A DNA stretch of 64,000 bases from Octopus sinensis (GCF_006345805.1 NC_043011.1:3596001-3660000); one strand, 5' to 3'; counted from the first letter of the stretch, positions 11,623 through 24,824 are shown. Numbers and translations: made by a program. Notes: generated by a model not told the origin, from the letters alone.

Positions 11623-11974
11623 AGTGGAGGTGCAATAGCCCAATGACTAGGGCAGTGGACTTGCAGTCGGAGGATCACGGTTTCGATTCCCAGACCGGGC
11701 GTTGTGTGTGTTTATTGAGCGAAAACACCTAAAGCTCCACGAGGCGGAGGCAGGGGGTGGTGGCGACCCCTGTTGTACTCTTTCGCTCCAACTTTCTCTC
11801 ACCCTTTCTTCCTGTTTCTTGTCCCCGACTTCCTATGCAATCCCTGCGCCTGGATGCTCTCGGTGTCGGGGGTTGACCTGCTTTCTCTTCTGCAGGTCTT
11901 ACGAATAGCAAAGGACCACGTTTCGGACTTCTAGGAAGAAGACCACTTCGCTCAACAAACAAACAAACAAACAA
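11623..11974 (+). mobile_element. SINE family A, tail type 2, (AAAC)n end
   Basis: Same head as 3595; 12-bp TSD acagcactatca at 11611-11622 and 11975-11986. Confidence 0.9.
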
Positions 11975-12395
11975 ACAGCACTATCAGAAATTGTAGCAGA
12001 ACATGTGTCCATGGCTATGTAAAATAAAACTTTTGGTCCTTTTTCTTATTCAGATGACAATTCTATAGATTTATAGGAAACAAGTTGTTTTCAATGTTAG
12101 ATACAAGATATAATTCTAAAATAACATTTCATCAGTCCTCTATTATTAATACTCAGTATAAATTAATTAACTTTGTTATTTGCAAATATTTTACAAGATA
12201 ATTAGGTTTTATCTTTATATCAAAATATATTTGGAAAAATAGTAAATGTCATCTCTATATACTAACTCTTGACTAGAAAATTACGCTTATATGTGTGTGT
12301 TTGAATGTCTGAAACATACATATATATATCAACTGCTATCTCTCTCTCTATATATATATAATATATATATATATTTATATATATATATATAATAA

Positions 12396-12429
<34 letters not shown>

Positions 12430-12490
12430 TGATTCATACACACACACACATTTATATATATATATATATCTATATATATATATATATATA

Positions 12491-13342
12491 TAGAGTGTGA
12501 TGAATAAATTGTCATCAAAATTATGCAAAAATGAAAATAAAACTGACGTCTCATTTTAAAATATATATTTACCAAAATTTCATTAAAATATCCTGAAATA
12601 CTAGATAGCAAATTTATTCAATAAAATCACCACAACCACCAAACAACTTTGGAATAATCTGCAACTCTTCTGGACAATCTCCTTGTTTAAGTTTGTGAAT
12701 GCTGCCATAATCCTTGCCTTCAGTTCATCTTTGGTGTTACAAGGAGTTTTGTTGGTCTCTTGCTCAACTGTGCCTCACACATAATAATCCATGGGTTTGC
12801 AGTCTGGGGAGTTAGGTAGTCAGATGCCGTTACAGAAATTGTCTGACAACCATCACTGGGTTCTCCTGCTTATGTAGCATGGTGCAGAGTCTTGTTGCCA
12901 GGCGTAAGGTCTTCCAGCAGCCAACCTCTTGATCCAGGGAAGCACTACCTCCTCTAGACACGTGATGTTGACCTCTCTGTTGATTCTGAGATGGTGTAGG
13001 AAGATGAATGGAGGTATAAAGTCATCATCACTAGTGATCACTCCAAACACCATGATGTTGACTGGATGTTTGATTTTTATCACTCTCAATACATGTTCAT
13101 ATTGGTACATGTTTGTATTGAAACTTCCAACGCTTTGTAATGGAGCTTCTGGAATGAATGCCAAGCAGTACAGCATGTTGTTTCCAAATTTCTGGGTGAG
13201 TGAATTGCATCATGGTGCTGTTTTTCTCACAGGCAGTGCCCAACTGGCCTTACTATACTGTGTAGTCGACAAAATCAAAAACCAAACAATATGCATGTGT
13301 GAAATTAGAAATATAAAATGGTGACAATTTATCCATCGCACC

Positions 13343-13347
<5 letters not shown>
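12491..13347 (-). mobile_element. Internally deleted Tc1/mariner element (maT/DD37D-like)
   Basis: ~25-bp TIR (cagggtgcgatggataaattgtca) in TA context; transposase relic IMVFGVITSD...WQQDSAPC...NSPDC. Confidence 0.85.
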
Positions 13348-13384
<37 letters not shown>

Positions 13385-13690
13385 GAAGCATGACCTTCGA
13401 ACATTGGACCTCACAGAGGCAATAATGGGAGATCGAGACCTTTGAAGATATGCTGTGATTAAGAAGACCCAGCAACTAAAGTGAAATTGCAGACATGGCT
13501 GATGCCATTATTGCATTTCTGGCCCATTTAAGAATACCCTTGATGCATCGGGCAATATGATATGCTTGGGGAGACCTGTTGAGTCAAGTAAAACCAAAAT
13601 CGTAGCTGTGGCCAGTGCTCCCTGACTGTGGCCAGTGGCACATAAAATGCACCATCCGATAGTGGTCAATGCCAGTGCCTGATAAAGGAC
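13385..13690 (+). mobile_element. RTE-type LINE 3' fragment
   Basis: gaccttcgaacattggacctcacagaggcaat ORF end followed by gtggcacataaaatgcacc UTR motifs. Confidence 0.5.
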
Positions 13691-13828
13691 CTGAAATACC
13701 TGGTAGCAGGGCATGCAAGAAATAGCAGCCAAATCTCTCCTTTTGGGGGAAAAGGAGTTGTTATAGGCATGATCTCAATATTACATTCATTGAAAACATG
13801 CGAAATAACATGGAAAAAAAAGAAAAAC

Positions 13829-13895
13829 CTGCGAAACAAAACTATATTGCTGGGAAACTCAGACTTCCCTGGTGACCCAATGGGTCGTAGGTAGT
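13829..13895 (-). CDS. Candidate host-gene exon 3 (DYLRPIGSPGKSEFPSNIVLFR)
   Basis: Acceptor ttttatttattaccag, open frame in phase with the 23235 exon; donor GTTTTT is weak. Confidence 0.3.
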
Positions 13896-14214
13896 CTGGT
13901 AATAAATAAAAGCAAGATTTCTTTTTACGGTTTTTCTCAAATGTGAATGACATAATATGTAATAGCTCTTAATATATTAGATTTTAAAATCCATTGACTA
14001 CAAAACCAACCACAGGACTCAAATCATGTATCAGCTAGAATACATATGGTCGTGATACTATTACACTGAAGTAACTCTCTGACTTCCAACCCCTGAAATC
14101 ACAGACTGCAATCTTGCAAACAAGAAAAGGCATTGTTTTACATTTAAAAGATAATTTTAGATGCATTGGCATATATTACAGAGAAATGCATGCATACATA
14201 TGCACACGCACAAC

Positions 14215-14430
14215 ATCATCATCATCATCATCATTTAACGTCTGTTTTCCGTGCTGGCATGAGTTGGATGGTTTGACAGGTGCTGGCTAGGCAGAAGGCT
14301 GCATTAGGCTTCACTGTTTGTTTTGGTGGGGTTTTTACAGCTGGATCCCCTTTCTAACACCAACCACTTTACAGTGTGGACTGGATGCACCAGCATTAGT
14401 GGGGTCACCAAGTAACTTGTAAGATAAAGA
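14215..14430 (-). mobile_element. RTE-type LINE 3' tail
   Basis: (CAT)n ttaacgtctgttttccgtgctggcatg...tacagctggat...accactt. Confidence 0.65.
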
Positions 14431-15054
14431 TCCTTTGAAAGGGGGATGGGGAGGAGGCATTGAAGGAGTTAGTCTTGTGTCAGCTGATGAGAGGTTAGAG
14501 CGTGGCAGAGAGAAAGAAACAAGTGTCTTGCTGTTGAGGAGACAAGTGGTTATCCAGTCAGAGGGAGAGAGCAAGAGAAAGATGGAGAGAGTGAGTGAGT
14601 GATCAAGAATGTGGGAGAGAAAGCGAGTGAGAGTGCAAGGGAGAGCAGAAGTGAGATGGTTGTGAAGTGCTAGGGCATGCACTTACAGTACAGTGATCAG
14701 AATATAGATGGGATGGTAGAGTATTGCCCAGGGAGTAGGGACTTCACATGAATCAAAGAAGAGTGTCGGAGAGGGGAAAGCACTGACTGGTGACATGTGG
14801 GTAAATATACATATAATTTTGTATACATACACACACACACACACATACACACACACATATATATATATATGTATGTATATATATATAATGTATGTATAGA
14901 ACGTATACAAGGAGTTTTCAACTGAAATTTTGTGTTATGAGTGTTCAGTCTGGTTTACCACTAAAACTCCAGCTTGAACTGCAACTGAAAAAGTAGTGTT
15001 GAGACTGCCTAGGAAAAGCGGCAAGAAGTGGTATATATGGATGTGTGTGTCTCA

Positions 15055-15790
15055 TTAGGCTATTCCTGCTTGACATGTTAGGAAGAGCCTTTCCTGGTGT
15101 ATATTTTGCTATTTATAGGGACGATACTTGAACTTTAGCTAAGAATAACAATGGACCAATGCAAGATCAGTTAAGGAAAGGTATTATCCATCTTATGAAA
15201 ACATTCGATCTTAACATAACAATACATCAATTTCCTTGATGTATCTCAAGATTTACAAAAGAATATTTACAAACCCTAGAGAAAGCCCAACGATAGACTT
15301 AGTTATATTAATGTAGGTTCCTGCCACCCCATTATAGTGTTTAAAAATTTAGTTTAGAATATTAGTAGGAGAATCTCTAGCCTCTCCTCCAACATAAACG
15401 TATATTATAATACTGCCCCACTATATAACAATGCCCTTAAAGCTGGTGGATTTAAAGAGGAAACGGATTACAAACCTACTATTAAACCAGAAATAAAGAA
15501 AAGGAAACAGGCACAGGAAAACTATCTGGTGCACACTCCCTTACTCACTCAAAGGGACCTTTAATATAGGTAAATATTTCTTGTCACTTAGAGATTAGAC
15601 ATTTTCCAATACATTTCTCTTTTTTTCTTTTTTATCTATTAAATTAACTTCCCTTTTATTCAACGGTTTTTTCATAGTATCTGTTGCCATTAATAGCCAA
15701 CAAGAATGTATCGCAGCTCTTAGTTCCAAGATTCAAAACCCTGAGTACTATAATGACAAACTTTTTCTGTTTGTTCTAAATTATAACCTA
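15055..15790 (+). pseudogene. Penelope-like retroelement reverse transcriptase relic with 3' tail
   Basis: GLFLLD...IYRDD (15114-15125)...INFLDV...YKP*RKPND.LSYIN..SCHP...ISRRISSLSS...YNNALKAGGF...RKTIW; stops present; ends in (TA)n. Confidence 0.8.
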
Positions 15791-15798
15791 TATATATG

Positions 15799-15837
<39 letters not shown>

Positions 15838-15905
15838 ATATATATATGGATATATGGATATATATATACATATATATATTGATATATATATATATATATT
15901 ATATA

Positions 15906-15938
<33 letters not shown>

Positions 15939-16335
15939 GATATATATATGCATATACATATATATATGGATGTGTGTGTATATGCATATATAAATCTACT
16001 GCAATTTCCATCAGTAATTGGTTCCAAGACATGTAACTACTTGAAGAATGATGTAACACCACGAAAAATCATTTTAAAAACTTTATTAGATTTTATCTGT
16101 TTTAATAAATGGTTTGTACATATTTTCACATGTATTGTATTTGATTGCTTCTTCAGTGTTGGTTTTTAGGCGTTTTTTGAAATTTTTATGATTTTAAACA
16201 TGTTCATTGCGACTGACATAAAGTCAGATAATTCAGATGAAGTTCAGGTTTATTTTTTCCATCAATTTCTTTAAAAAATGAGGTGAGGTTCAAAAGACAT
16301 AACTCAATATAATATAATTTGTAGTATACCTAATT

Positions 16336-17260
16336 ATGTATGTATGTATGTATGTATGTATGTATGTATGTGTGTGTGTATGTGTGTATGTACGTGTGTA
16401 TGTGTGTATGTATGTATGTATGTATGTGTGTATGTATGTATGTATGTATGTGTGTGTATGTGTGTATATATGTATGTATGTGTGTATGTATGTATGTGTG
16501 TATTTATGTATGTGTGTATGTATGTGTGTATGTGTGTATGTGTGTATGTATGTATGTAAGTGTGTATGTGTGTATGTATGTATGTTTGTATGTGTGTATG
16601 TGTGTATGTATGTGTGTATGTGTGTATGTATGTATGTATTTATGTAGGTATATATGTGTGTATGTGTGCATGTGTGTATGTGTGTATGTATGTATGTATG
16701 TATATGTGTGTGTGTGTGTATGTGTGTATGTATGTATGTGTGTATGTATGTATATATGTATGTATGTGTGTATGTGTGTATGTATGTATGTATGTATGTG
16801 TGTGTATGTGTGTATGTACGTGTGTATGTGTGTATGTGTGTATGTATGTATGTATGTGTGTATGTATGTGTGTATGTATGTGTGTATGTGTGTGTGTATG
16901 TTTGTATGTATGTGTGTATGTATGTATGTGTGTATTTATGTATGTGTGTATGTATGTGTGTATGTGTGTATGTGTGTATGTATGTATGTATGTATGTAAG
17001 TGTGTATGTGTGTATGTGTGTATGTATGTATGTTTGTATGTGTGTATGTGTGTATGTATGTATGTATGTGTGTATGTGTGTATGTATGTATGTATTTATG
17101 TATGTATATATGTGTGTATGTATGTGTGTATGTGTGTGTGTATGTATGTATGTGTGTATGTGTGTATGTATGTATGTATATACGTGTGTATGTGTGTATG
17201 TGTGTATGTATGTATGTATGTGTGTATGTATGTATGTATGTATGTATGTGTGTATGTATG

Positions 17261-17294
<34 letters not shown>

Positions 17295-17385
17295 TGTGTG
17301 TATGTATGTGTGTATGTATGTATGTATGCATGTGTGTATGTATGTATATATGTATGTATATGTGTGTGTATGTATGTACATATGC
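16336..17385. repeat. Compound (TATG)/(TG) microsatellite, ~1 kb
   Basis: Seen directly; source of the long M/Y/V/C and H/T/Y ORFs. Confidence 0.95.
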
Positions 17386-17389
17386 ATGT

Positions 17390-17495
17390 ATCATCCTTAT
17401 TATCATCGTTGTTGTCATCATCATCATCATCATCATCGTCATCATCATCGTCAACATCATCATCGTCATCATCATCATCGTCATCATCATCGTCG

Positions 17496-17530
<35 letters not shown>

Positions 17531-17570
17531 GTCATCATCATCATACCATCATCATTATACCATCATCATT
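17390..17570. repeat. (ATC)n microsatellite
   Basis: Seen directly. Confidence 0.95.
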
Positions 17571-17794
17571 TTTTAATTGTCACATTTGTTGAGGCAGATT
17601 TTCTACTGCCAGATGCTCTTCCTGTCACTAATCCTAAACTGCTTCCAACCAAGATAATCTTTCCTGATAGCCAGACATGTCTGCAAAGAAGATTAGAAAA
17701 CAGAGGAATCTATTTGTATGATGGGACACTTGTTTATAACTATCGAGTGTTGCCAAGACGAGAGAGACATAAACACACACACACTTATGCACAT

Positions 17795-17829
<35 letters not shown>

Positions 17830-18001
17830 ACACACACACACACATATATATATATATACATGCATACTTGTAGCACTCTCAGTTGACCTTGCTCTTTCTC
17901 TCTCTCTCTCTCTCTCGCCTTCTCTCTCTCTTGCTTTCTCCCTCTCTAACACACACCCATGCATACATATATATACATACATACATACATACAAATATAT
18001 A

Positions 18002-18124
18002 CATTAGCATAGCTAGGAGGGGTCGGTAGGAGCAGCACTTTTAAAGGGGGGGTTTTTTTGTGGGTTCTGGGCACAGAAAATGGAACGGCTGCCCCGGGTT
18101 GCACGCACTCTAGCTACACTAGTG
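18002..18124. mobile_element. hAT-like MITE
   Basis: Imperfect TIR cattagcatagctag/ctagctacactagtg; 8-bp flanks aatatata and agtatata. Confidence 0.55.
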
Positions 18125-18264
18125 AGTATATATACTTTTTTAATTATTATACATCTTCTACTGTGGAGGGAGCTGGTTTCCAACAAAGAGACAAGGCTCC
18201 ATCTTTGGAATGTAGCTAACACAGACAAATTCACTTTTGGAACTTGAGAAATGTCTTGCATATT

Positions 18265-19205
18265 TTTACTGTTCCACTCACAGATTGGACTTGTAATGTA
18301 TGAATTAGCCAGTCAATTTCTCTTTCTGAAAATCCCAGTTTATCCAGATTGTCCTTTAAGCATTTACTAACAAAACCTAGGGCTCCAATTATTATTGGTA
18401 TGAATATGAATTCAATTTAGAAGCTGGAGGTTTCGAAATAGTTTTCCATAGATATCCTCTTTTTCTTTGATTTTCAGAGAGATTTATATCTGCAGGGCAA
18501 CTGACCTCTATGATGGTTACTTTTGCCCCTCTATCCCAAACAACAATATCTGGCCTGTTCTGTTAACAGTCGACAGAGGTTTTGATGGGAACATTCCACC
18601 AGTATTCCTTGAATTGGTATCTATGAATGTATTCCATAACAGAGGGATTTTCCAAGTTTATTTCAAACAGTCTTTCTTGCGGATGGCATTGTAAATTGTT
18701 TTAGTGGTATTATGCTGAATAGGGAGGTAGTACCATGACAACATTTTAGAACAGCTGCTAATTACATGTGTGATGTCTTCCACATAATCATGACATAACC
18801 TATACATGCGATTGCACCTTGGGATTACAAGAGCATCGTTGTCTCTCTTGTTCACCAGGTATTTTGAGGCAGTCTCCTGTTCCTGGATTGCAAATGCATA
18901 GCCTTCAAAGTGTGATGTAATGTAGTGGTCTTGTGTCCAAGAAAGGCTGTGCTTTGTGTCAATTCTACTGTCTTCCAGGCAACATACGCGTGCATAGTCA
19001 TATTTTTGTATGCTGAGTGCTTTCCATCCAGATCTTCTCTGAGGTAAGAGAGCCCAGCTATTATGGGGCTGTAGAGGCGATCATTAGGAAGAGAGTGTTT
19101 CTTGAGGAGTTCACTGCCAACTCGTACAATGTTGCTCACTTCACTTTTCTGCACTGCATTTATATATTTATTTTTGCTGTTGTTGCTCAGCAGATGCTGC
19201 CTGAG
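18265..19205 (-). pseudogene. R4/Dong-like (RLE) LINE C-terminal relic
   Basis: Zinc knuckle RLCHDYVEDITHVISSC, then PDIVVWDR (PD..D endonuclease) and FIPIIIGALG. Confidence 0.75.
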
Positions 19206-19315
19206 TGATACAATATGCCATATATGTATGCATATATGAGTATATCTATTTATAGATATAAATGTGTATATTTGTGTGGGTGTGAACAAGAATTTTTTCT
19301 AAGCATGTATACACT

Positions 19316-20140
19316 CAGGGGTGGTGAATGGATTGTCTAAATTATGCAAAAATGAAAATAACACTGACATCTCATTTTAAAATATATATTTATAAAAATT
19401 ACTTTAAAATATCTTGAAATACTAAAGAGTAAATTTATTCAATAAAATCACCATTGGCTTCAACCATAGCCTCCAGATGACTTCAGAATTTCCTGCAACT
19501 CTTCTGGACAATCTCCTTGTTTAAGTTTGTGAATGCTGCCATAATCCTTACCTTCAGTCCATCTTTGATGTTACAAGGAATTTTGCTGGTCTCTTGCTCA
19601 ACTGTGCCTCACACATAATAACCAAGGGGTTGCAGTGTGGGGAGTCAGATGGCCAGATGTTAGGGGTGGTGTGGCTGCAGAAATTGTCTGACAGCCATGA
19701 CTGGATTCTCCTGCTTGTGTGGCATGGTGCAGGATCCTGTTGCCAAACATAGGGTCTTCCATCAGCCACCCTCTTGACCAAGGGCAGTACTACCTCCTTC
19801 AGGCACTTGATGGAGGCTTCCGTGTTGAGTCTGAGACTGTGCTGAAAGACAAATGGAAGCATAATGTCACCATCACTAGTGATCACTCCAAACACCATGA
19901 TGTTGACTGGATGTTTGATTTTTATCACTCTTGGTACATGTTTGTAGCACATCTTCTGGCGCTTTGTATTGGAACTTCCAGCATGAATGCCAAGCAGTAC
20001 AGCATGTCGTTTCCAAATTTCTGGCAGAGTGGCACAGTGCCCAACTGACCCTACTATACTGTATAGTCGACAAAATCAAAAACAAACAATGCACGAAATT
20101 AGAAATATAAAATGGTGACAATTTACCCATCGTCCCCTGT
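19316..20140 (-). mobile_element. Second copy of the maT/DD37D-like mariner
   Basis: ORF 19554-19952 IMVFGVITSDGD...WQQDPAPCHTS...WPSDSPHCNPL; colinear with 12491-13347. Confidence 0.85.
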
Positions 20141-20188
20141 ATATGTATATGTGTAACTTCATGTAGTCTATTATTATCATCATCATCA

Positions 20189-20237
<49 letters not shown>

Positions 20238-20277
20238 CATTATTATTATCATCATTATTATTATTATTATTATTATT

Positions 20278-20385
20278 CAGTAGTTTTATTTTTATAGCGT
20301 GCTTTCACTTCACTACCGAGCGCAGCTCTGTGTGCCTTGGGTATGTGCTGTGATTTGTTGTGATGCTCTGATGGTTATTGTATGG
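20278..20385 (-). mobile_element. Short insert in (ATT)n, probable 3' end of a Dong/R4-like element
   Basis: Flanked by ATT repeats; Dong/R4 elements are known to target (TAA)n. Confidence 0.4.
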
Positions 20386-20400
20386 ATTATTATTATTATT

Positions 20401-20850
20401 GAGTGAGAGAGCAGTTCATGCCATCAAAGTGACACTGGGGTAAAATATACGAAGCCCAATATACCCATCATGACTACCCGTCTGATAAAGGTACACCAGG
20501 CACATGCATCACAACCATATGTGCGCGACATGGTGATCTCATATCAAGATAAACAGCACATGACCTTGCAGGTGGGGCCCAGTTAGAATTTTCTTCAGGT
20601 TGAGTAGCCCATCCCGCTCAAACGGTCCCTGAATAAGGGTTGTTTAAGGATGTTGAAAGAACCACCCATGTTTCCAGAGGTGAACTATTCAAACCCCAAA
20701 GAATCCCTCTCAACACATGGCTATGATGCTCCCCCACTACTTCTGCTCGTGATCAGAGATGCACATATCTTCAGCCACTAAGGGACATGCTCAACTGGTT
20801 AAGGTCAAACAACTGACAAGCAAATCTGTGGTATTGAGCAGAATATTTGC

Positions 20851-20852
<2 letters not shown>
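20401..20852 (-). mobile_element. ~450-bp non-coding element inserted in (ATT)n
   Basis: Complex, relatively GC-rich sequence with sharp ATT boundaries and no ORF. Confidence 0.55.
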
Positions 20853-20895
<43 letters not shown>

Positions 20896-23234
20896 CATTA
20901 TTATTATTATTATTATTAATATTATTATTAGTAGTAGTAGTATTATTATTATTACTATTATTATTATTACTGCTGCTGTTGCATCTGTTGTAATTGCTTT
21001 GTCATTACATTTGTTATTATTGCTGAATTGCATTGTGAAATATGTTCTGAAAATTGTACTGTTTAGTTTTATTATACTTATTTTCTCAAATGATTTATCA
21101 TTTTTTTTTTTATTTATTGTTCATACATCTAGGAAGACGTAGAGAGCAAAGCTGTTATTCAAATGTTCTCATTTAGGGAGGAGAATATATCTTATTTCTT
21201 ATTTTCCTACCTGAAAAACTGAAGTGCATTTTCAATAATGCCTGCAGGAGTGTTTTTTTTTTTTTCATAACAATGGTAGTCACATTCCTCTCATACTTTG
21301 CAGGAGAGATAAACAAAATATTTGGAATAATTACTCCAGTAATGGTGGTAATACACACATTTACAGCCGCAGTAACAAGAACATTATTGCAAGAACAATG
21401 AGAAGAAGAACAAGAAGACAGCCTAATGTGACAATAACAATGGCAAAAACATTAATAACCACAACAATTGCAGCATCAACAATAACAGCAACAAGCACTT
21501 TGATAGTAAGGAAAAGAACAGCAGATACAGAAATACCTTTGTAGGTGTTGTTGCTATGGAGAAAATATACCTGTACTAAAAATGTTATTGAATACACGGG
21601 TATGTGTCAGCAGCAGAAAAGACATATTCCCAGAAACATGGAGAAAAAAAGAAAGTAGGTAAAGTTGGTACTGATGCGGATGTACTCAGGGTTGGTTTTG
21701 AGCTAATTAAATTTGTTCGAATTGGATCCCCACTCCTAGGCACATGCTTGTGTGGAGGATGCTATAATGAATTTTTAGTATATCATCGTGACTAATGGTG
21801 GAAACTCAAGCCCTCAACATGTTTTGGCTGGGACTAACATAGTCCACAAAGCATAAAACATCGATCTTCCATTTTTGTAGAGTAGAGGATCCTACTGACA
21901 ATGCTCTGATTGGGCCCCATACTTCCTAGTGCCAGCCCTGATGTATGGAATCACATGTATAAAATATTCTTAATTGAAATTTATCTTTCAGTTGGAGAAA
22001 ATATAGAAATATAGAATATGGTACATCTCCCATCATATGGGAGATGTACCATGACAAGATGTGAAATTATACATAATCATTGTAAGATGGAACCCTTATT
22101 TGAGTTAAATGAGTGCATGCAGATCTGAATCACAGGTCTTCCCTCATCTCAGACAGTCCTGGCTGGTGGATTTCCTTGTCTGCAAAGCCTGTCAATAGTG
22201 CTACCAGGTCAAGAATTTACATATGTTACCAGCACAGGAGCTTTTTATGTGGCACCAGTACATGGAAGCAAGAAACCGGTATATGACCCTTTTGATGCTT
22301 TTGATGCTTTAAGAGTCATATGGTACCTTGTGTGGGAGTTTTCTCTTTGAATTACCCTCAGTAATCCATAGTTTCCACCTGAAAGTCTTCTGTAATAGAC
22401 CTATCAATTGATTTTGATCTTTGCCCAGAATGCTCCTGATCACATAATCCAATGGGTCCTTCCCTTTTGTAAAAGTCACTTACGTATGTTTTGAAGGAAT
22501 ATTTGGCTACTATTTCTGACATAGCAAATGACTATGCAGATCAAAGGTTCTTGACCTTTTCACTACCCAAGAACTGTTTAGTTTAAATTAATTTTTCCCC
22601 ACAAACCCCAGGCTTCTGAAAGGTTTGTTATCTTACTGACATGTTCACATTTTCGTTTGAATGAATGAGGATCATTATGATTTAAAATCTGCTTTCCATG
22701 CTAGCATGGGTTGGACAGTTTAACAAGAGCTGCACGAGTTTCCATATTCTATTTTGGCATGGTTTCTATGGCTTGAGTGATTTACATGTGGAATCAGAAT
22801 GGGTGCATTATATGTGGGACCAGCATGTGTGTTTTATACATGCACCAGCACAGATGCTTTATACATGGTACTAGCATGGGTACTTTACACATAGCACCAG
22901 CACATGTACTTTTTATGTGGCATTAGTACATGGAGGCAAGAAACCAGCATATGGCCCTTTTGATCCTTTAAGAGTCATATGGTACATTGTATGGAAGTTT
23001 TCCCTTTGAATTACTCTCAGTATACCACTATATGACCCCCCCCCCATATTCACTGAGGACATCCTGAATTCCCTAATATATGTAATGATATTATAGCTTT
23101 TATAGATCAGCCTTGATTTAGCAGACTTCTACAAGTTAAAATTCAAAAATTTCTAAAGACATTAACAGGCTGCTTTTATGTGTATCCATGTGGTTTAGTC
23201 TCAAAACAGTTCGAGTTAAATATACTTGACTCAC

Positions 23235-23335
23235 CTGACATTTTTTTTATTTCATATGCAGTGTGTTTCAGATGATATAATCTAGGCTTTCCTTTTTCTA
23301 AAACAGCCGAATCTGATTTGTGAAAGATTTCATCG
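23235..23335 (-). CDS. Candidate host-gene exon 2 (SDEIFHKSDSAVLEKGKPRLYHLKHTAYEIKKMS)
   Basis: Strong donor CAG|GTGAGT, acceptor ttcttgcaaag (alternative aaatcag near 23313), open frame in non-repetitive DNA. Confidence 0.4.
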
Positions 23336-23604
23336 CTTTGCAAGAAGATCAAATGACCATTTAGAAGTCCCACTTCAGCTTGGCTTTTGTGTCAATGCAT
23401 GTGTGTATGCTTCTATGTATTTGCATGTATGCCAATGTGTATGTATATATGATGTATTCAAATAAACATTGTTCTGTGTGTGTGTATTTGTGTGAGTATA
23501 TGTGAGTGTGTGTGTGTGCATGCAGCAATCTACATATGTAAGTAGATACGTATATATGTATGCATGTAAATACACACACACACACACACTCATATATGTA
23601 TATA

Positions 23605-24003
23605 TACTCTTTAGTTGTTTCAGTCATTTGACTGCGACCATGCTGGAGCACTGCCTTTAGTCGAGCAAATCGACCCCGGGACTTATTCTTTGTAAGCCCA
23701 GTACTTATTCTATCGGTTTCTTTTGCCGAACCGCTAAGTGACGGGGACGTAAACACACCAGCATCGGTTGTCAAGCAATGCTAGGGGGACAAACACACAC
23801 ACACAAACACACACACATACACACATATATATATACATATATACGACAGGCTTCTTTCAGTTTCCGTCTACCAAATCCACTCACAAGGCATTGGTCGGCC
23901 CGAGGCTATAGCAGAAGACACTTGCCCAAGGTGCCACGCAGTGGGACTGAACCCGGAACCATGTGGTTGGTTAGCAAGCTACTTACCACACAGCCACTCC
24001 TGC
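23605..24003 (-). mobile_element. SINE family C (CORE-like), full length
   Basis: tRNA head, accttgggcaagtgtctt CORE-like motif, internal (TA)/(TG) tract, (TAAAAGAG) tail. Confidence 0.9.
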
Positions 24004-24022
24004 ACACACATATATGTATATG

Positions 24023-24086
<64 letters not shown>

Positions 24087-24130
24087 TATATATGTGTATA
24101 TATATATATGTATATGAATATATATGTGTA

Positions 24131-24172
<42 letters not shown>

Positions 24173-24241
24173 ATGTATCTATAGCCACCTATATTATAAT
24201 GCATCTAATATATCATAATATATTAATTTACTACACTATCT

Positions 24242-24271
<30 letters not shown>

Positions 24272-24272
<1 letters not shown>

Positions 24273-24553
24273 GTGGGTATGCATAGCTTAATGGTTATGG
24301 TGTTGCCCTCATGATTGCATGATTGCGATTCCAATTCCTAGCTCAGGCGGGGCAAAGCACTTCATCTCACATCGCTCTGTGATCACGTCAACTCCTGAAG
24401 CATGGCACACAGTGCACCTGTTCAGACAATGTCGATTTGATGGAGAGAGTGTACTGAGGTACAGCATGAACATTTGATTCCTATAGACAAATTAACTGTG
24501 CAGGTTGTTTGACAAAAGCTGAATGCTCATTCGTCATCTTCAATGGAAGAGTA

Positions 24554-24558
<5 letters not shown>
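24272..24558 (+). mobile_element. Old tRNA-derived SINE
   Basis: Degenerate A and B boxes (tagcttaatggtta, gattccaattcc); tail resembles family A type 1. Confidence 0.5.
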
Positions 24559-24584
<26 letters not shown>

Positions 24585-24824
24585 ATTCAACAATTGAGGG
24601 TAAAATTAATTAATTAATCAATTTCACCAAGTGTTCAGTATGCAAAGGGACCATTTAAGGCAAATTCAAATTATTACATTATAACATTACATTATATAAT
24701 GTAATATATATATATATATATATGCTCACACACATACACATATATGCATGTATATATATGATTGATTCTAGTTTCAGCTCATGAGCTGTGGCCATGCTGG
24801 GGCACCGCCATTTATATATATATA

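Larger units (their letters stand above)
20170..20970. repeat. (ATT)n microsatellite containing two inserts
   Basis: ATT tracts at 20170-20277, 20386-20400 and 20853-20970. Confidence 0.9.

Noticed and set aside
16290-18007. ORFs of 200-365 aa rich in M/Y/V/C or H/T/Y
   Set aside because: Translations of (TATG)/(TG)/(ATC) microsatellites that lack stops in most frames; the same applies at 29.3, 53-55 and 59.4 kb.
21304-21544. ~80-codon plus-strand open frame after an acceptor-like site
   Set aside because: Degenerate (CAA/GAA) low-complexity sequence with no recognisable protein.
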